DNA of 37,649 bases from a virus. Its lineage: Duplodnaviria; Heunggongvirae; Uroviricota; Caudoviricetes. The notes beneath the pieces were generated by a model. That model saw only the letters and a list, made by a program, of their open reading frames with translations. It had not been told where the DNA came from and searched no databases. A program made the translations under genes and the position numbers. The DNA lies in the IMG/VR virus record IMGVR_UViG_2579778631_000021, one strand, 5' to 3'. Positions within the stretch are counted from its first letter, which is position 1, and every line of letters begins with the position of its first letter. Positions 1 through 7,947 of the stretch are shown here, one piece after another.

Positions 1-1284
1 CTACTTCTTCGCCTCTGCAACCACTTTGCTACCCACGCCGCGGTTATTGTATTCCCACATGCGGTTGTAGTTAGTGTCATTCAGATTGCGCTGTACTTCG
101 TCGTTATCATCAACGCTGCCGGTGTTACCCGCGAATGGACGATTGGAAATCACCGCATCGGCCCACGGTTTCGCCGTGTTAAAACCTTCGTTGATGGCGC
201 TATCACGGATCACCACCTGACCGTTGGTATTGGCATCAACATCCAGCGAGCGGCCCAGTTGCGCCACACCATCACCGGAAGCATTGAAACGGCTGTTTAC
301 GGCGAGGAAACCGTAGTAAATGTTGGACAGCGTAGCCGGTGCAAACACATACGCTTCTTGCTGGGTACGGGAGTTCACCACGCGGAATTCGGTGTTATCG
401 AACACCACTGCGCCGCGACCAGAAACGATATCCACATCTCCTTCGATGTAACTGTTGGTCACCAGCGTACGCGGCTGACGATTCGTTTCCAGACGGTTTT
501 GCACACCGCTGTTGGTGACAAAGAAGGTGTTCTGACGACCGAGAATGTTGACGTTATTGATCTGCACTTTGTCGCCATCAGTACGCAGTGCCACCGCCGG
601 ATGGTTACCCGCATCTACGCTATCGCCCAGCGTGTTTTCGATGGTCAGGTTTTGCAGTTGCAGGCCATTGTTTTGTGACCAGAAGACCGCAGAGCAGAGA
701 ACACCGATACTGTCGCTGCGTTTACTCTGGCAGCTATCGTACATATACCACGCCGGTTTACCTGGCATATATTTGCCGCGCGGGTTGACGTCGTGACGCC
801 AGTCGGCAGGGCTCATGCCACCATCAAGGGAAAGCCCAATCTTCACATCAATCGGTTTTTCACCTGTACCGTACAGAGTAATTCCACCCGGAGCGGCAGG
901 GACATACACCGTTCCCTGATACTCACCAGGCATCACGGCAATATACTGGCGCTTGTTGGTACGCTTGATAATTGCCGCATCTACCGCCGCCTGAATCGTG
1001 GTATGCGTTACACCTTGAGTACCCGCCGGGCCGACAACAAAGTCAGGTTGCGCAGGCAGGGTAATCGGGGAAGGATTCCACGCTGCCGCACCTGGTGTCA
1101 GGGATGCAAAATAGTGTTGAGCATCGAAATTCTGCGCTTCTTTTGCCGACAGAATCGGGCGCGAAGAGGTACCAGGCGCGGTTTGATCAGAAGGACGTTG
1201 ATCGGGCGGTGTTGAGCTACAGGCGGTCAGCGTCACGCCAAAAGCCAATGCCAGCGCCAGACGGGAAACTGAAAATGTGTTCAC
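1..1284 (-). CDS. ybhC: Host outer-membrane lipoprotein YbhC (pectinesterase-like), flanking lambda attB
   Basis: Complete 427-aa ORF with lipoprotein signal peptide (LTAC lipobox); recalled as the host gene on the ybhC side of attB-lambda; immediately followed by att core. Confidence 0.7.
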   Translation of the reverse strand: MNTFSVSRLALALAFGVTLTACSSTPPDQRPSDQTAPGTSSRPILSAKEAQNFDAQHYFASLTPGAAAWNPSPITLPAQPDFVVGPAGTQGVTHTTIQAAVDAAIIKRTNKRQYIAVMPGEYQGTVYVPAAPGGITLYGTGEKPIDVKIGLSLDGGMSPADWRHDVNPRGKYMPGKPAWYMYDSCQSKRSDSIGVLCSAVFWSQNNGLQLQNLTIENTLGDSVDAGNHPAVALRTDGDKVQINNVNILGRQNTFFVTNSGVQNRLETNRQPRTLVTNSYIEGDVDIVSGRGAVVFDNTEFRVVNSRTQQEAYVFAPATLSNIYYGFLAVNSRFNASGDGVAQLGRSLDVDANTNGQVVIRDSAINEGFNTAKPWADAVISNRPFAGNTGSVDDNDEVQRNLNDTNYNRMWEYNNRGVGSKVVAEAKK

Positions 1285-1330
1285 AGGTTGCTCCGGGCTA
1301 TGAAATAGAAAAATGAATCCGTTGAAGCCT

Positions 1331-1345
1331 GCTTTTTTATACTAA
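1331..1345. other. attL: attL core (lambda-type overlap region GCTTTTTTATACTAA)
   Basis: Exact lambda att core; left flank GTTGAAGCCT matches the attB B arm, right flank GTTGGCATTATAAAAAAGCATTGCTTATCAATTTGTTGCAACGAACAGGTCACTATCAGTCAAAAT matches the lambda P' arm with Int arm-type sites. Confidence 0.85.
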
Positions 1346-1418
1346 GTTGGCATTATAAAAAAGCATTGCTTATCAATTTGTTGCAACGAACAGGTCACTA
1401 TCAGTCAAAATAAAATCA

Positions 1419-2489
1419 TTATTTGATTTCAATTTTGTCCCACTCCCTGCCTCTGTCATCACGATACTGTGATGCCATGGTGTCCGACTTATGCCCGAGA
1501 AGATGTTGAGCAAACTTATCGCTTATCTGCTTCTCATAGAGTCTTGCAGACAAACTGCGCAACTCGTGAAAGGTAGGCGGATCCCCTTCGAAGGAAAGAC
1601 CTGATGCTTTTCGTGCGCGCATAAAATACCTTGATACTGTGCCGGATGAAAGCGGTTCACGACGAGTAGATGCAATTATGGTTTCTCCGCCAAGAATCTC
1701 TTTGCATTTATCAAGTGTTTCCTTCATTGATATCCCAAGAGCATCAACATGCAATGTTGTTGGGATGGCAATTTTTACGCCGGTTTTGCTTTGCTCGACA
1801 TAAAGATAGCCATCTACGATATCAGACCACTTCATTTCGCATAAATCACCAACTCGCTGCCCGGTAACAACAGCCAGTTCCATTGCAAGTCTAAGCCAAC
1901 ATGGTGATGATTCTGCTGCTTGATAAATTTTCAGGTATTCGTCAGCCGTAAGTCTTGATCTCCTTACCTCTGATTTTGCTGCGCGAGTGGCAGCGACCGG
2001 GTTTGTTGTTATATGGCCTTCAGCTATTGCCTCTCGGAATGCATCGCTCAGTGTTGATCTGATTAACTTGGCTGACGCCGCCTTGCCCTCGTCTATGTAT
2101 CCATTGAGCATTGCCGCAATTTCTTTTGTGGTGATGTCTTCAAGTGGAGCATCAGGCAGACCCCTCCTTATTGCTTTAATTTTGCTCATGTAATTTATGA
2201 GTGTCTTCTGCTTGATTCCTCTGCTGGCGAGGATTTTTTCGTAGCGATCAAGCCATGAATGTAACGTAACAGAATTATCACTGTTGATTCTCGCTGTCAG
2301 AGGCTTGTGTTTGTGTCCTGAAAATAACTCAATGTTGGCCTGTATAGCTTCAGTGATTGCGATTCGCCTGTCTCGGCCTAATCCAAACTCTTTACCCGTC
2401 CTTGGGTCCCTGTAGCAGTAATATCCATTGTTTCTTATATAAAGGTTAGGGGGTAAATCCCGGCGCTCATGACTTCGCCTTCTTCCCAT
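1419..2489 (-). CDS. int: Tyrosine integrase, lambda Int type
   Basis: 356-aa ORF; N-terminal arm-binding region and C-terminal catalytic motifs (HELRSL...LGH...Y); sequence recalled as essentially lambda Int; adjacent to attL. Confidence 0.95.
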   Translation of the reverse strand: MGRRRSHERRDLPPNLYIRNNGYYCYRDPRTGKEFGLGRDRRIAITEAIQANIELFSGHKHKPLTARINSDNSVTLHSWLDRYEKILASRGIKQKTLINYMSKIKAIRRGLPDAPLEDITTKEIAAMLNGYIDEGKAASAKLIRSTLSDAFREAIAEGHITTNPVAATRAAKSEVRRSRLTADEYLKIYQAAESSPCWLRLAMELAVVTGQRVGDLCEMKWSDIVDGYLYVEQSKTGVKIAIPTTLHVDALGISMKETLDKCKEILGGETIIASTRREPLSSGTVSRYFMRARKASGLSFEGDPPTFHELRSLSARLYEKQISDKFAQHLLGHKSDTMASQYRDDRGREWDKIEIK

Positions 2490-2685
2490 TTCTGATCCTC
2501 TTCAAAAGGCTACCTGTTACTGGTCGATTTAAGTCAACCTTTACCGCTGATTCGTGGAACAGATACTCTCTTCCATCCTTAACCGGAGGAGGGAATATCC
2601 TGCATTCGCGCACCCATCGACGAACTGTTTCAAGGCTTCTTGGGCGCCGCTGGCGTGCGTTCCACTCCTGAAGTGTTAAGTACAT
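2467..2685 (-). CDS. xis: Excisionase Xis
   Basis: 72-aa ORF MYLTLQEWNARQRRPRSLETVRRW... overlapping int start, as in lambda. Confidence 0.9.
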   Translation of the reverse strand: MYLTLQEWNARQRRPRSLETVRRWVRECRIFPPPVKDGREYLFHESAVKVDLNRPVTGSLLKRIRNGKKAKS

Positions 2686-2712
2686 CGCAAAGTCTCCGCA
2701 ATTACACGCAAG

Positions 2713-2732
2713 AAAAAACCGCCATCAGGCGG
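2713..2732 (-). terminator. Hairpin CCGCC-ATCA-GGCGG with T-run on minus strand, between small ORF and xis
   Basis: 5-bp GC stem, 4-nt loop, followed on minus strand by TTTTTTCT; stop codon of upstream ORF lies in the loop. Confidence 0.4.
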
Positions 2733-2892
2733 CTTGGTGTTCTTTCAGTTCTTCAATTCGAATATTGGTTACGTCTGCATGTGCTATCTGCGCCCATATC
2801 ATCCAGTGGTCATAGCAGTCGTTGATGTTCTCTGCTTCGATAACTCTGTTGAATGGCTCTCCATTCCATTCACCTGTCACCCGGAAGTGCAT
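2725..2892 (-). CDS. Small hypothetical protein (55 aa), lambda orf55-like position
   Basis: ATG with GGAG SD 8 nt upstream; translation MHFRVTGEWNGEPFNRVIEAENINDCYDHWMIWAQIAHADVTNIRIEELKEHQAA; below the 60-aa cutoff of the ORF track. Confidence 0.5.
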   Translation of the reverse strand: MHFRVTGEWNGEPFNRVIEAENINDCYDHWMIWAQIAHADVTNIRIEELKEHQAA

Positions 2893-2904
2893 TTATCATC
2901 TCCA

Positions 2905-2929
2905 TAAAACAAAACTCGCCGTAGCGAGT
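2905..2929 (-). terminator. Hairpin ACTCGC-CGTA-GCGAGT followed by TTTTGTTTT on minus strand
   Basis: Perfect 6-bp stem, 4-nt loop, T-rich tract abutting the SD of the 55-aa ORF. Confidence 0.45.
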
Positions 2930-2964
2930 TCAGATAAAAGAAATCCCCGCGAATGCGAGGATTG

Positions 2965-3249
2965 TTATTCATTGCCGATATTCACTTTTATCGCGAACAC
3001 CTTTACCGGTTTATCACCGAAGTGCGGATGTGTGATTGTCTTGATTTCATATCCGTCATACGGGACGTCAATTCTTCGGCTGGAATCGTCGCGCTTCGGA
3101 TATCCCTTCGTGATAATCAGGCGGTCATACTCCCGGAACATAATTCGCTTATTCCAGTAGTCATTACACAGGCGATACTCTTCCGTTTTCTCTCCGCGAA
3201 TCATGGCATCGAAGTATTCACCTTTGACAGCAAGTTGCAGGTTAGCCAT
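2965..3249 (-). CDS. Hypothetical protein, possible ASCH/PUA-like domain
   Basis: Start ATG at 3249 (MANLQLAVKGEYFDAMIRGEKTEEYR) with GGAGG SD; G-x-K-x-x-E-x-R motif reminiscent of ASCH; family assignment is a guess. Confidence 0.4.
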   Translation of the reverse strand: MANLQLAVKGEYFDAMIRGEKTEEYRLCNDYWNKRIMFREYDRLIITKGYPKRDDSSRRIDVPYDGYEIKTITHPHFGDKPVKVFAIKVNIGNE

Positions 3250-3509
3250 TACCGCACCTCCAGTCTCCATACCGCCTGACCAATCCGGCTGGCATAGGTA
3301 TCTTTGGATACTGCTCCGTCTTTAGCCAGCTCCATAAGAATTTTGCGCAAATCTGCCGAACGCCATTCTTCATCAGGAAATTCCTTCTCCATTGCCAACC
3401 GCAGATTCCAGGTTGCTATCGTGAATGGATATTCCCCGCCGAGAGCTTTCTCTTGCAGGGCAGCACGGGAACGCATCACCTGCAAAACCTTCTCTTTTAC
3501 ATCCATCAT
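3249..3509 (-). CDS. Hypothetical phage protein (86 aa)
   Basis: Start MMDVKEKVLQ with GGAGG SD; start overlaps stop of upstream gene (ATGA). Confidence 0.4.
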   Translation of the reverse strand: MMDVKEKVLQVMRSRAALQEKALGGEYPFTIATWNLRLAMEKEFPDEEWRSADLRKILMELAKDGAVSKDTYASRIGQAVWRLEVR

Positions 3510-3895
3510 TTTGCCTCCTGCGGCGGTTCTGGTAGCGGCATCCAGTGTGATGGTATCCACGACGCACCAGGTATTACCCACCCATCATTAGCGTCAGGAT
3601 GCCCCGGGATGTAAGTCGCCCATTTCATTCGCCAGTCACCTTTCCTGTCAAACTCCCTGGCAACAAGAACGGCTGTTTTGGTATCCGGCATTCGCTCACT
3701 ACAGCTTATCCAGCCATCCGGAGTTACCGGATAGTTGCCCGACATCTCGTTCAACTTGTAAGTCTGGCTTACAAGTTCGGCTTCCAGCGATGCCAGTGCA
3801 ATCCGTGCCAGTTCCATTTGTTCGCCACGGGTAAGCCCGTTTTCAAGCGGGGATTTAATGAACAATTCGATACGTTCTTTAGTGATAGTGCTCAT
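3506..3895 (-). CDS. DUF551-like phage protein
   Basis: Start MSTITKERIELF with AGGAG SD; C-terminal W-rich segment ending SHWMPLPEPP typical of DUF551. Confidence 0.55.
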   Translation of the reverse strand: MSTITKERIELFIKSPLENGLTRGEQMELARIALASLEAELVSQTYKLNEMSGNYPVTPDGWISCSERMPDTKTAVLVAREFDRKGDWRMKWATYIPGHPDANDGWVIPGASWIPSHWMPLPEPPQEAK

Positions 3896-3896
3896 A

Positions 3897-4451
3897 TCAC
3901 TCTCCTTTGATGCGAATGCCTGCGGCGCGCTCGGCTTCACTTTGTTCCCAAAACCACTTGTGAAGCTCCATAAGCTTTTCGTCAATCGGTGCATATTTGC
4001 GATTAAAGTAGGCCTGAGCATCTTTCTCAGATTCGTCCGGCAATTCGCCAGGGCCAAACAGTGTGTTATAAATCCATGCCAGTCCGCTCTTAGCGTCGCC
4101 AGTTGCCTGCCATTCGATAATGGCAGCCTGCATGACCAGAATGTTTTTCCCGATTAACAGGTCAAGTTCTTTGTACCGGTTGCGGATGTATGCATTCTCG
4201 CTTTGTAATTTTGCGTTGCGCTTCTCTGCTGCTTCCAGCTCAACACGCAGCTTCCCTACCGTTAGCGCAATATCCTCGTTCTCCTGATCGCGGCTTTTGA
4301 TGTATTGCAGGTTTCTTTCCCGTTCATCCAGCATTGCCAGCACAATCGATGGTGTTACCAGCTCATGGAAAAGGTCCGCGTCAAATCCCCAGTCGTCATG
4401 CATTGCCTGCTCTGCCGCCTCACGCAGTGCCTGATGGTCAATTTTGCTCAC
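3897..4451 (-). CDS. Ead/Ea22-like protein
   Basis: 184-aa ORF MSKIDHQALREAAEQA... with central coiled-coil; resembles Ea22-family proteins of lambdoid b2-region; recalled similarity only. Confidence 0.45.
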   Translation of the reverse strand: MSKIDHQALREAAEQAMHDDWGFDADLFHELVTPSIVLAMLDERERNLQYIKSRDQENEDIALTVGKLRVELEAAEKRNAKLQSENAYIRNRYKELDLLIGKNILVMQAAIIEWQATGDAKSGLAWIYNTLFGPGELPDESEKDAQAYFNRKYAPIDEKLMELHKWFWEQSEAERAAGIRIKGE

Positions 4452-4707
4452 TGGCTGCCTCCGCTTCCCACGTTTTCAAACTTTCACCACAGAACGGGCA
4501 AAAGCACATTGCAACGCCACGACCGATATATTTCCCCGAGTGAATTTGAGCAATATCTATGCATGACTCGCCGGTGTTTATGTTCACACGCTCCGGGATA
4601 AATATGCCTTTACTCTTGAATGTTGGATTTCCATATTCGAGAGATTTTGCCAACGCCGCGCACGGTTCTATCTTGTTGCCATTAATTTGGCATTTTGACT
4701 CACTCAC
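4438..4707 (-). CDS. Hypothetical protein with Cys-rich C-terminus (possible zinc ribbon)
   Basis: 89-aa ORF; CFCPFCGESL motif; overlaps neighbours at both ends. Confidence 0.4.
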   Translation of the reverse strand: MSESKCQINGNKIEPCAALAKSLEYGNPTFKSKGIFIPERVNINTGESCIDIAQIHSGKYIGRGVAMCFCPFCGESLKTWEAEAASEQN

Positions 4708-5135
4708 TGGTTGCCTCCTTTGCGAAGCTCAGCGGCGAAGGCTACTGCGTGATCATGATGTTCAAGTGTGTATGCGCACTCAGCAAACATCTCCACGCCC
4801 TGTGCCCGTACATCAGCCAGGAAAGCATCGGTGGCTGGGGTGTCTGATTGCAGAGACTTTGCGCGATAGTCATTCCACCCTCTTGCATACATGGGATTAA
4901 CTTGCACTCCATCTTTTACGCAATATGCCTGACCTCCACGGTTGATAACCTTGATTTCGTCCATTGCGCCAGACTTCATCCCCGCATTCTCCGCTGCCAG
5001 CGCCGCGCACTTGGCCTCCGCTTCAGCAAATTTACGCACCAGATACTCAGCGTTTGTTTCGTTAACCTTTAAATCTCGTGGGATGCATTTACCTTTCAGA
5101 AATCCATCCATCTCAATTAGCGTCATTTGTTTCAT
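4704..5135 (-). CDS. Hypothetical phage protein (143 aa)
   Basis: Start [12 protein letters not shown] overlapping upstream stop (ATGA). Confidence 0.45.
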   Translation of the reverse strand: MKQMTLIEMDGFLKGKCIPRDLKVNETNAEYLVRKFAEAEAKCAALAAENAGMKSGAMDEIKVINRGGQAYCVKDGVQVNPMYARGWNDYRAKSLQSDTPATDAFLADVRAQGVEMFAECAYTLEHHDHAVAFAAELRKGGNQ

Positions 5136-5296
5136 TTCTTCCCACTCCACCACATCGCATTCAGGTATTTGTTTTGATTTACTGATGGAAAAGAATTTCT
5201 CTTAAGCAATTCCTCTCTCGATGGCATTGGCTTTACGCGTTGGCGAATAATCATTTCTGCTGGAAGAATGCCGGGATTGTATGCAAGTCCTCTCAT
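5132..5296 (-). CDS. Small hypothetical protein (54 aa)
   Basis: Start MRGLAYNPG with GAGGA SD; stop overlaps next gene start. Confidence 0.3.
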   Translation of the reverse strand: MRGLAYNPGILPAEMIIRQRVKPMPSREELLKRNSFPSVNQNKYLNAMWWSGKK

Positions 5297-5306
5297 GGTA
5301 AATTCC

Positions 5307-5603
5307 TCAGTCATTACTGATAGCGCCATAGCGTGAGCGGTAATTACGCAGGCGCGGGTCGATATATTCAGGGAAGTGGGTATATGTGGCTTTGCGGAAT
5401 GGTCGGATTGATGTCTGGTAAATTCGCTCGCGTTCTTCTTTCTCTGCAAGCCATATACAATGGCGAAATTCCTTTTCCTCTTTCGTTTCCTGCGGTAGCG
5501 ACATTATCAGGTCGTAGTTTTTCCTGAATTTATCCAGCACCTCCGATACGGAATTGCCGGAACAGCGGCGCGCGTCATCCGCACCATACAAAGGCGCTGG
5601 CAT
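5307..5603 (-). CDS. Hypothetical phage protein (98 aa)
   Basis: ATG with GGAG SD; basic C-terminus. Confidence 0.45.
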   Translation of the reverse strand: MPAPLYGADDARRCSGNSVSEVLDKFRKNYDLIMSLPQETKEEKEFRHCIWLAEKEERERIYQTSIRPFRKATYTHFPEYIDPRLRNYRSRYGAISND

Positions 5604-5619
5604 GTTTTTCTCCGGTTGA

Positions 5620-6168
5620 TTATTTAGCTAACTTTTTCCAGATCGCTGAAACGTATTTGGCTTGGTGGATGGCATCATCAAGCGCGTTGTGGCGAGTTCC
5701 TTTGAATGGCATATCTCGCTTAGGGTCGAATCCTATTACCTTTCCAAGCTCGACGATTGTTCTTACGTCGCGGTCATTCCACCACTGCCACGGAACTGGC
5801 TGCCCTGTCAGCGAATAACTGTTGCGGAGAATAACGCAGTCAAATGATGCTCCATTCCCCAAAACCTGAACGAATTTGTGGTTAGCGTTCTTTATGATGA
5901 ATTCAGATAACCATGAAAGAGCCGTTGAAAGCTCTTGAGTGTTGCTGGTTAGCGATTTTCTGGCTTCTTCACTCTGTTCCATCCACCATAAAATCGTTGA
6001 AGCGTCAGGACGCGCCCGATATCGCATTGATGACTCAAGCGAGATATTTACCGAGAACTCTTCTCCTGTTTCTCCGGTATTCGGGTCAAAGAATACTGCC
6101 CCAATAGAAATAACTGGCGCGTATGGCCCGTTGCCCATTGTTTCAAGGTCAACCATTAAGTGATTCAT
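5620..6168 (-). CDS. DEDDh-type 3'-5' exonuclease (DnaQ-like fold)
   Basis: N-terminal MVDLETMG (Exo I motif), internal and C-terminal acidic/His motifs (HNALDDA). Confidence 0.7.
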   Translation of the reverse strand: MNHLMVDLETMGNGPYAPVISIGAVFFDPNTGETGEEFSVNISLESSMRYRARPDASTILWWMEQSEEARKSLTSNTQELSTALSWLSEFIIKNANHKFVQVLGNGASFDCVILRNSYSLTGQPVPWQWWNDRDVRTIVELGKVIGFDPKRDMPFKGTRHNALDDAIHQAKYVSAIWKKLAK

Positions 6169-6176
6169 GTAAGTCC

Positions 6177-6692
6177 TTAAATTGCGTGAATAGCGTGACG
6201 AGGGAAGGGGAGAGTTACTGGTGCAAAGGGGATTTCATCGTCGAAGTTCATAGGTGGTTCGCCGTAATTCCCATGCTGCTGAGATTGCTGTCTTTGTTGC
6301 TGGCCGTTATTTCGCTGAGGTGAAGACTGTTCATTGCTTCCTTGCTTGCCACCAAGCATTTGCATGGCTCCACCAACGCCCACGATAACTTCTGTAGTGA
6401 ACCGATCCTGTCCGCTTTGATCCTGCCATTTTCTTGTCCGCAATTTGCCTTCAAGATAAACCTCTGAGCCTTTTCGCAGATATTCGCTGGCAATTTCTGC
6501 CAGTTTCCCGCTCATTACCACACGGTGCCACTCCGTCTGCTCCTTTTGCTCTCCAGTTTGCTTATCACGCCATTGTTCTGACGTAGCAACTGTAAGGTTT
6601 GCAAATGCCGTTCCTGATGGTGAATATCTGATTTCTGGATCATGCCCAAGGCGACCAATAATGATCACCTTATTTACGCCTCTGCTTGCCAT
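6177..6692 (-). CDS. ssb: Single-stranded DNA-binding protein
   Basis: OB-fold N-terminus [23 protein letters not shown]..., Gly/Gln-rich linker, acidic DDEIPF tail motif. Confidence 0.9.
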   Translation of the reverse strand: MASRGVNKVIIIGRLGHDPEIRYSPSGTAFANLTVATSEQWRDKQTGEQKEQTEWHRVVMSGKLAEIASEYLRKGSEVYLEGKLRTRKWQDQSGQDRFTTEVIVGVGGAMQMLGGKQGSNEQSSPQRNNGQQQRQQSQQHGNYGEPPMNFDDEIPFAPVTLPFPRHAIHAI

Positions 6693-7400
6693 TTATGCCG
6701 CCTGTTTTAGCTCGTTAACTCTGATGTTCATTACCTGAACGCATTTAGCCTGCGCCTCCTCGTTTCCAGCCATTAATTGCCAGTCACGCTGATAACGCTC
6801 GATGAGTTTTTTCTTGTCAGTTTCTGTTGACGCATAATCGCTGAAGTCTTTCAGGATTTGTTCGCAGTCAACCGATGGAGATTTCTGGTTGGTATTTTCT
6901 GGTGATGGTTTGTTATCTGATGCTGGGATTGCCCATCCCGGCAGTGATGGAGGGAGCCAGTAAAATCCTGTTCCATCCTTCAGTTTTGCCCTGTGCCACC
7001 CCTGCTTTTTATCGAGAGATGTTTGTGCGAAACCTTCCTCAAGGTTATACAGATACCGACCGATTCCCCACTGAACGGCAGCGCGCTTCATTGCACCGGA
7101 ACGACCACCTTTGACGGCTTCTACCTGCGTGTTTTCAGCAGCATCCCATTTGGTTACCCATTCGGAATCAATCTTTATTGATATGCCGCATTCAACGCCG
7201 CCGTTGTTGGGAATATCGCGGTATTCATTGCGCCATCCTGCTTTGCCGCAAACATCGTCCAGACGTTTCATGATTGCCCGGTTCGTGACATAAGCCAGCA
7301 CCATAGCCCACACTTTGCCATCGCGTGTTTTACCGCTTTGCTGTATTCGCCATTCGATATCTTCAGGGCTGAATGGCTCATCGAATTTATTCAAATCCAT
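6693..7400 (-). CDS. Rad52-like single-strand annealing protein (Sak-type recombinase)
   Basis: 235-aa ORF directly upstream of ssb; recalled resemblance to phage Rad52/22 family annealases; GAGG SD. Confidence 0.6.
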   Translation of the reverse strand: MDLNKFDEPFSPEDIEWRIQQSGKTRDGKVWAMVLAYVTNRAIMKRLDDVCGKAGWRNEYRDIPNNGGVECGISIKIDSEWVTKWDAAENTQVEAVKGGRSGAMKRAAVQWGIGRYLYNLEEGFAQTSLDKKQGWHRAKLKDGTGFYWLPPSLPGWAIPASDNKPSPENTNQKSPSVDCEQILKDFSDYASTETDKKKLIERYQRDWQLMAGNEEAQAKCVQVMNIRVNELKQAA

Positions 7401-7487
7401 AATTCACCTCAGAATGGACACGGCCCAAGGAAATAACGCTGATTTAATACTTCAGTCTTTGCCGCATTTAAAAATACGCGAACACCT

Positions 7488-7658
7488 TCACGATCTCCCT
7501 TCTGGCGATACATTAACGCCTGCTGCGTGTACATGCGTCTCTGTAACTTGCTCTCCTTCACTGTGGTTGCAAGTGACATGAATATCTCCTTCGTTACCGA
7601 TTAATTCTTTCATCTGACGAATGAATTCTTCGTCTGACCAGTTATCTGTAAAACTCAT
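7488..7658 (-). CDS. Small hypothetical protein (56 aa), acidic
   Basis: Start MSFTDNWSDEEF; ATG overlaps stop of upstream small ORF (ATGA). Confidence 0.35.
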   Translation of the reverse strand: MSFTDNWSDEEFIRQMKELIGNEGDIHVTCNHSEGEQVTETHVHAAGVNVSPEGRS

Positions 7659-7807
7659 TTCCTGCGATACCACGGAAGGTTGATAGCTGATTTCATCGCT
7701 TTATTTGCTTCAAGCCACATTTTTGAATCACCAATAAATCTGGCTATTACTGCTTTGTTCTGTGCAGCTCGAAGCATCTGGTGATTAATGGCTATTTCAT
7801 TGCGCAT
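7655..7807 (-). CDS. Small hypothetical protein (50 aa)
   Basis: MRNEIAINHQMLRAAQNKAVIARFIGDSKMWLEANKAMKSAINLPWYRRK; GAGG SD; below ORF-track cutoff. Confidence 0.3.
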   Translation of the reverse strand: MRNEIAINHQMLRAAQNKAVIARFIGDSKMWLEANKAMKSAINLPWYRRK

Positions 7808-7923
7808 AATAAGACCTCAACTCTTTTCCATCCGTCACGTAATTTACGGGTGATTCGTTCAAGTAAAGATTCATTTAGTTGGAAGGCACCCATGCGAGCG
7901 CCTCCCGCGATTGCGTAAATCAT
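7792..7923 (-). CDS. Small hypothetical protein (43 aa)
   Basis: MIYAIAGGARMGAFQLNESLLERITRKLRDGWKRVEVLLCAMK; AAGGAA SD; below ORF-track cutoff. Confidence 0.25.
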   Translation of the reverse strand: MIYAIAGGARMGAFQLNESLLERITRKLRDGWKRVEVLLCAMK

Positions 7924-7947
7924 GGGTGGTTCCTTATGTTGGTTTTA

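Noticed and set aside
259-1316. Plus-strand ORFs (139, 83, 66, 140, 73 aa) inside ybhC
   Set aside because: Antisense to a complete, well-supported 427-aa host gene; no independent signals
5132-5449. Long form (105 aa) of the ORF starting [10 protein letters not shown]
   Set aside because: Overlaps the better-supported 5307-5603 gene by about 140 nt; a shorter form starting at 5296 with an SD fits the operon spacing better
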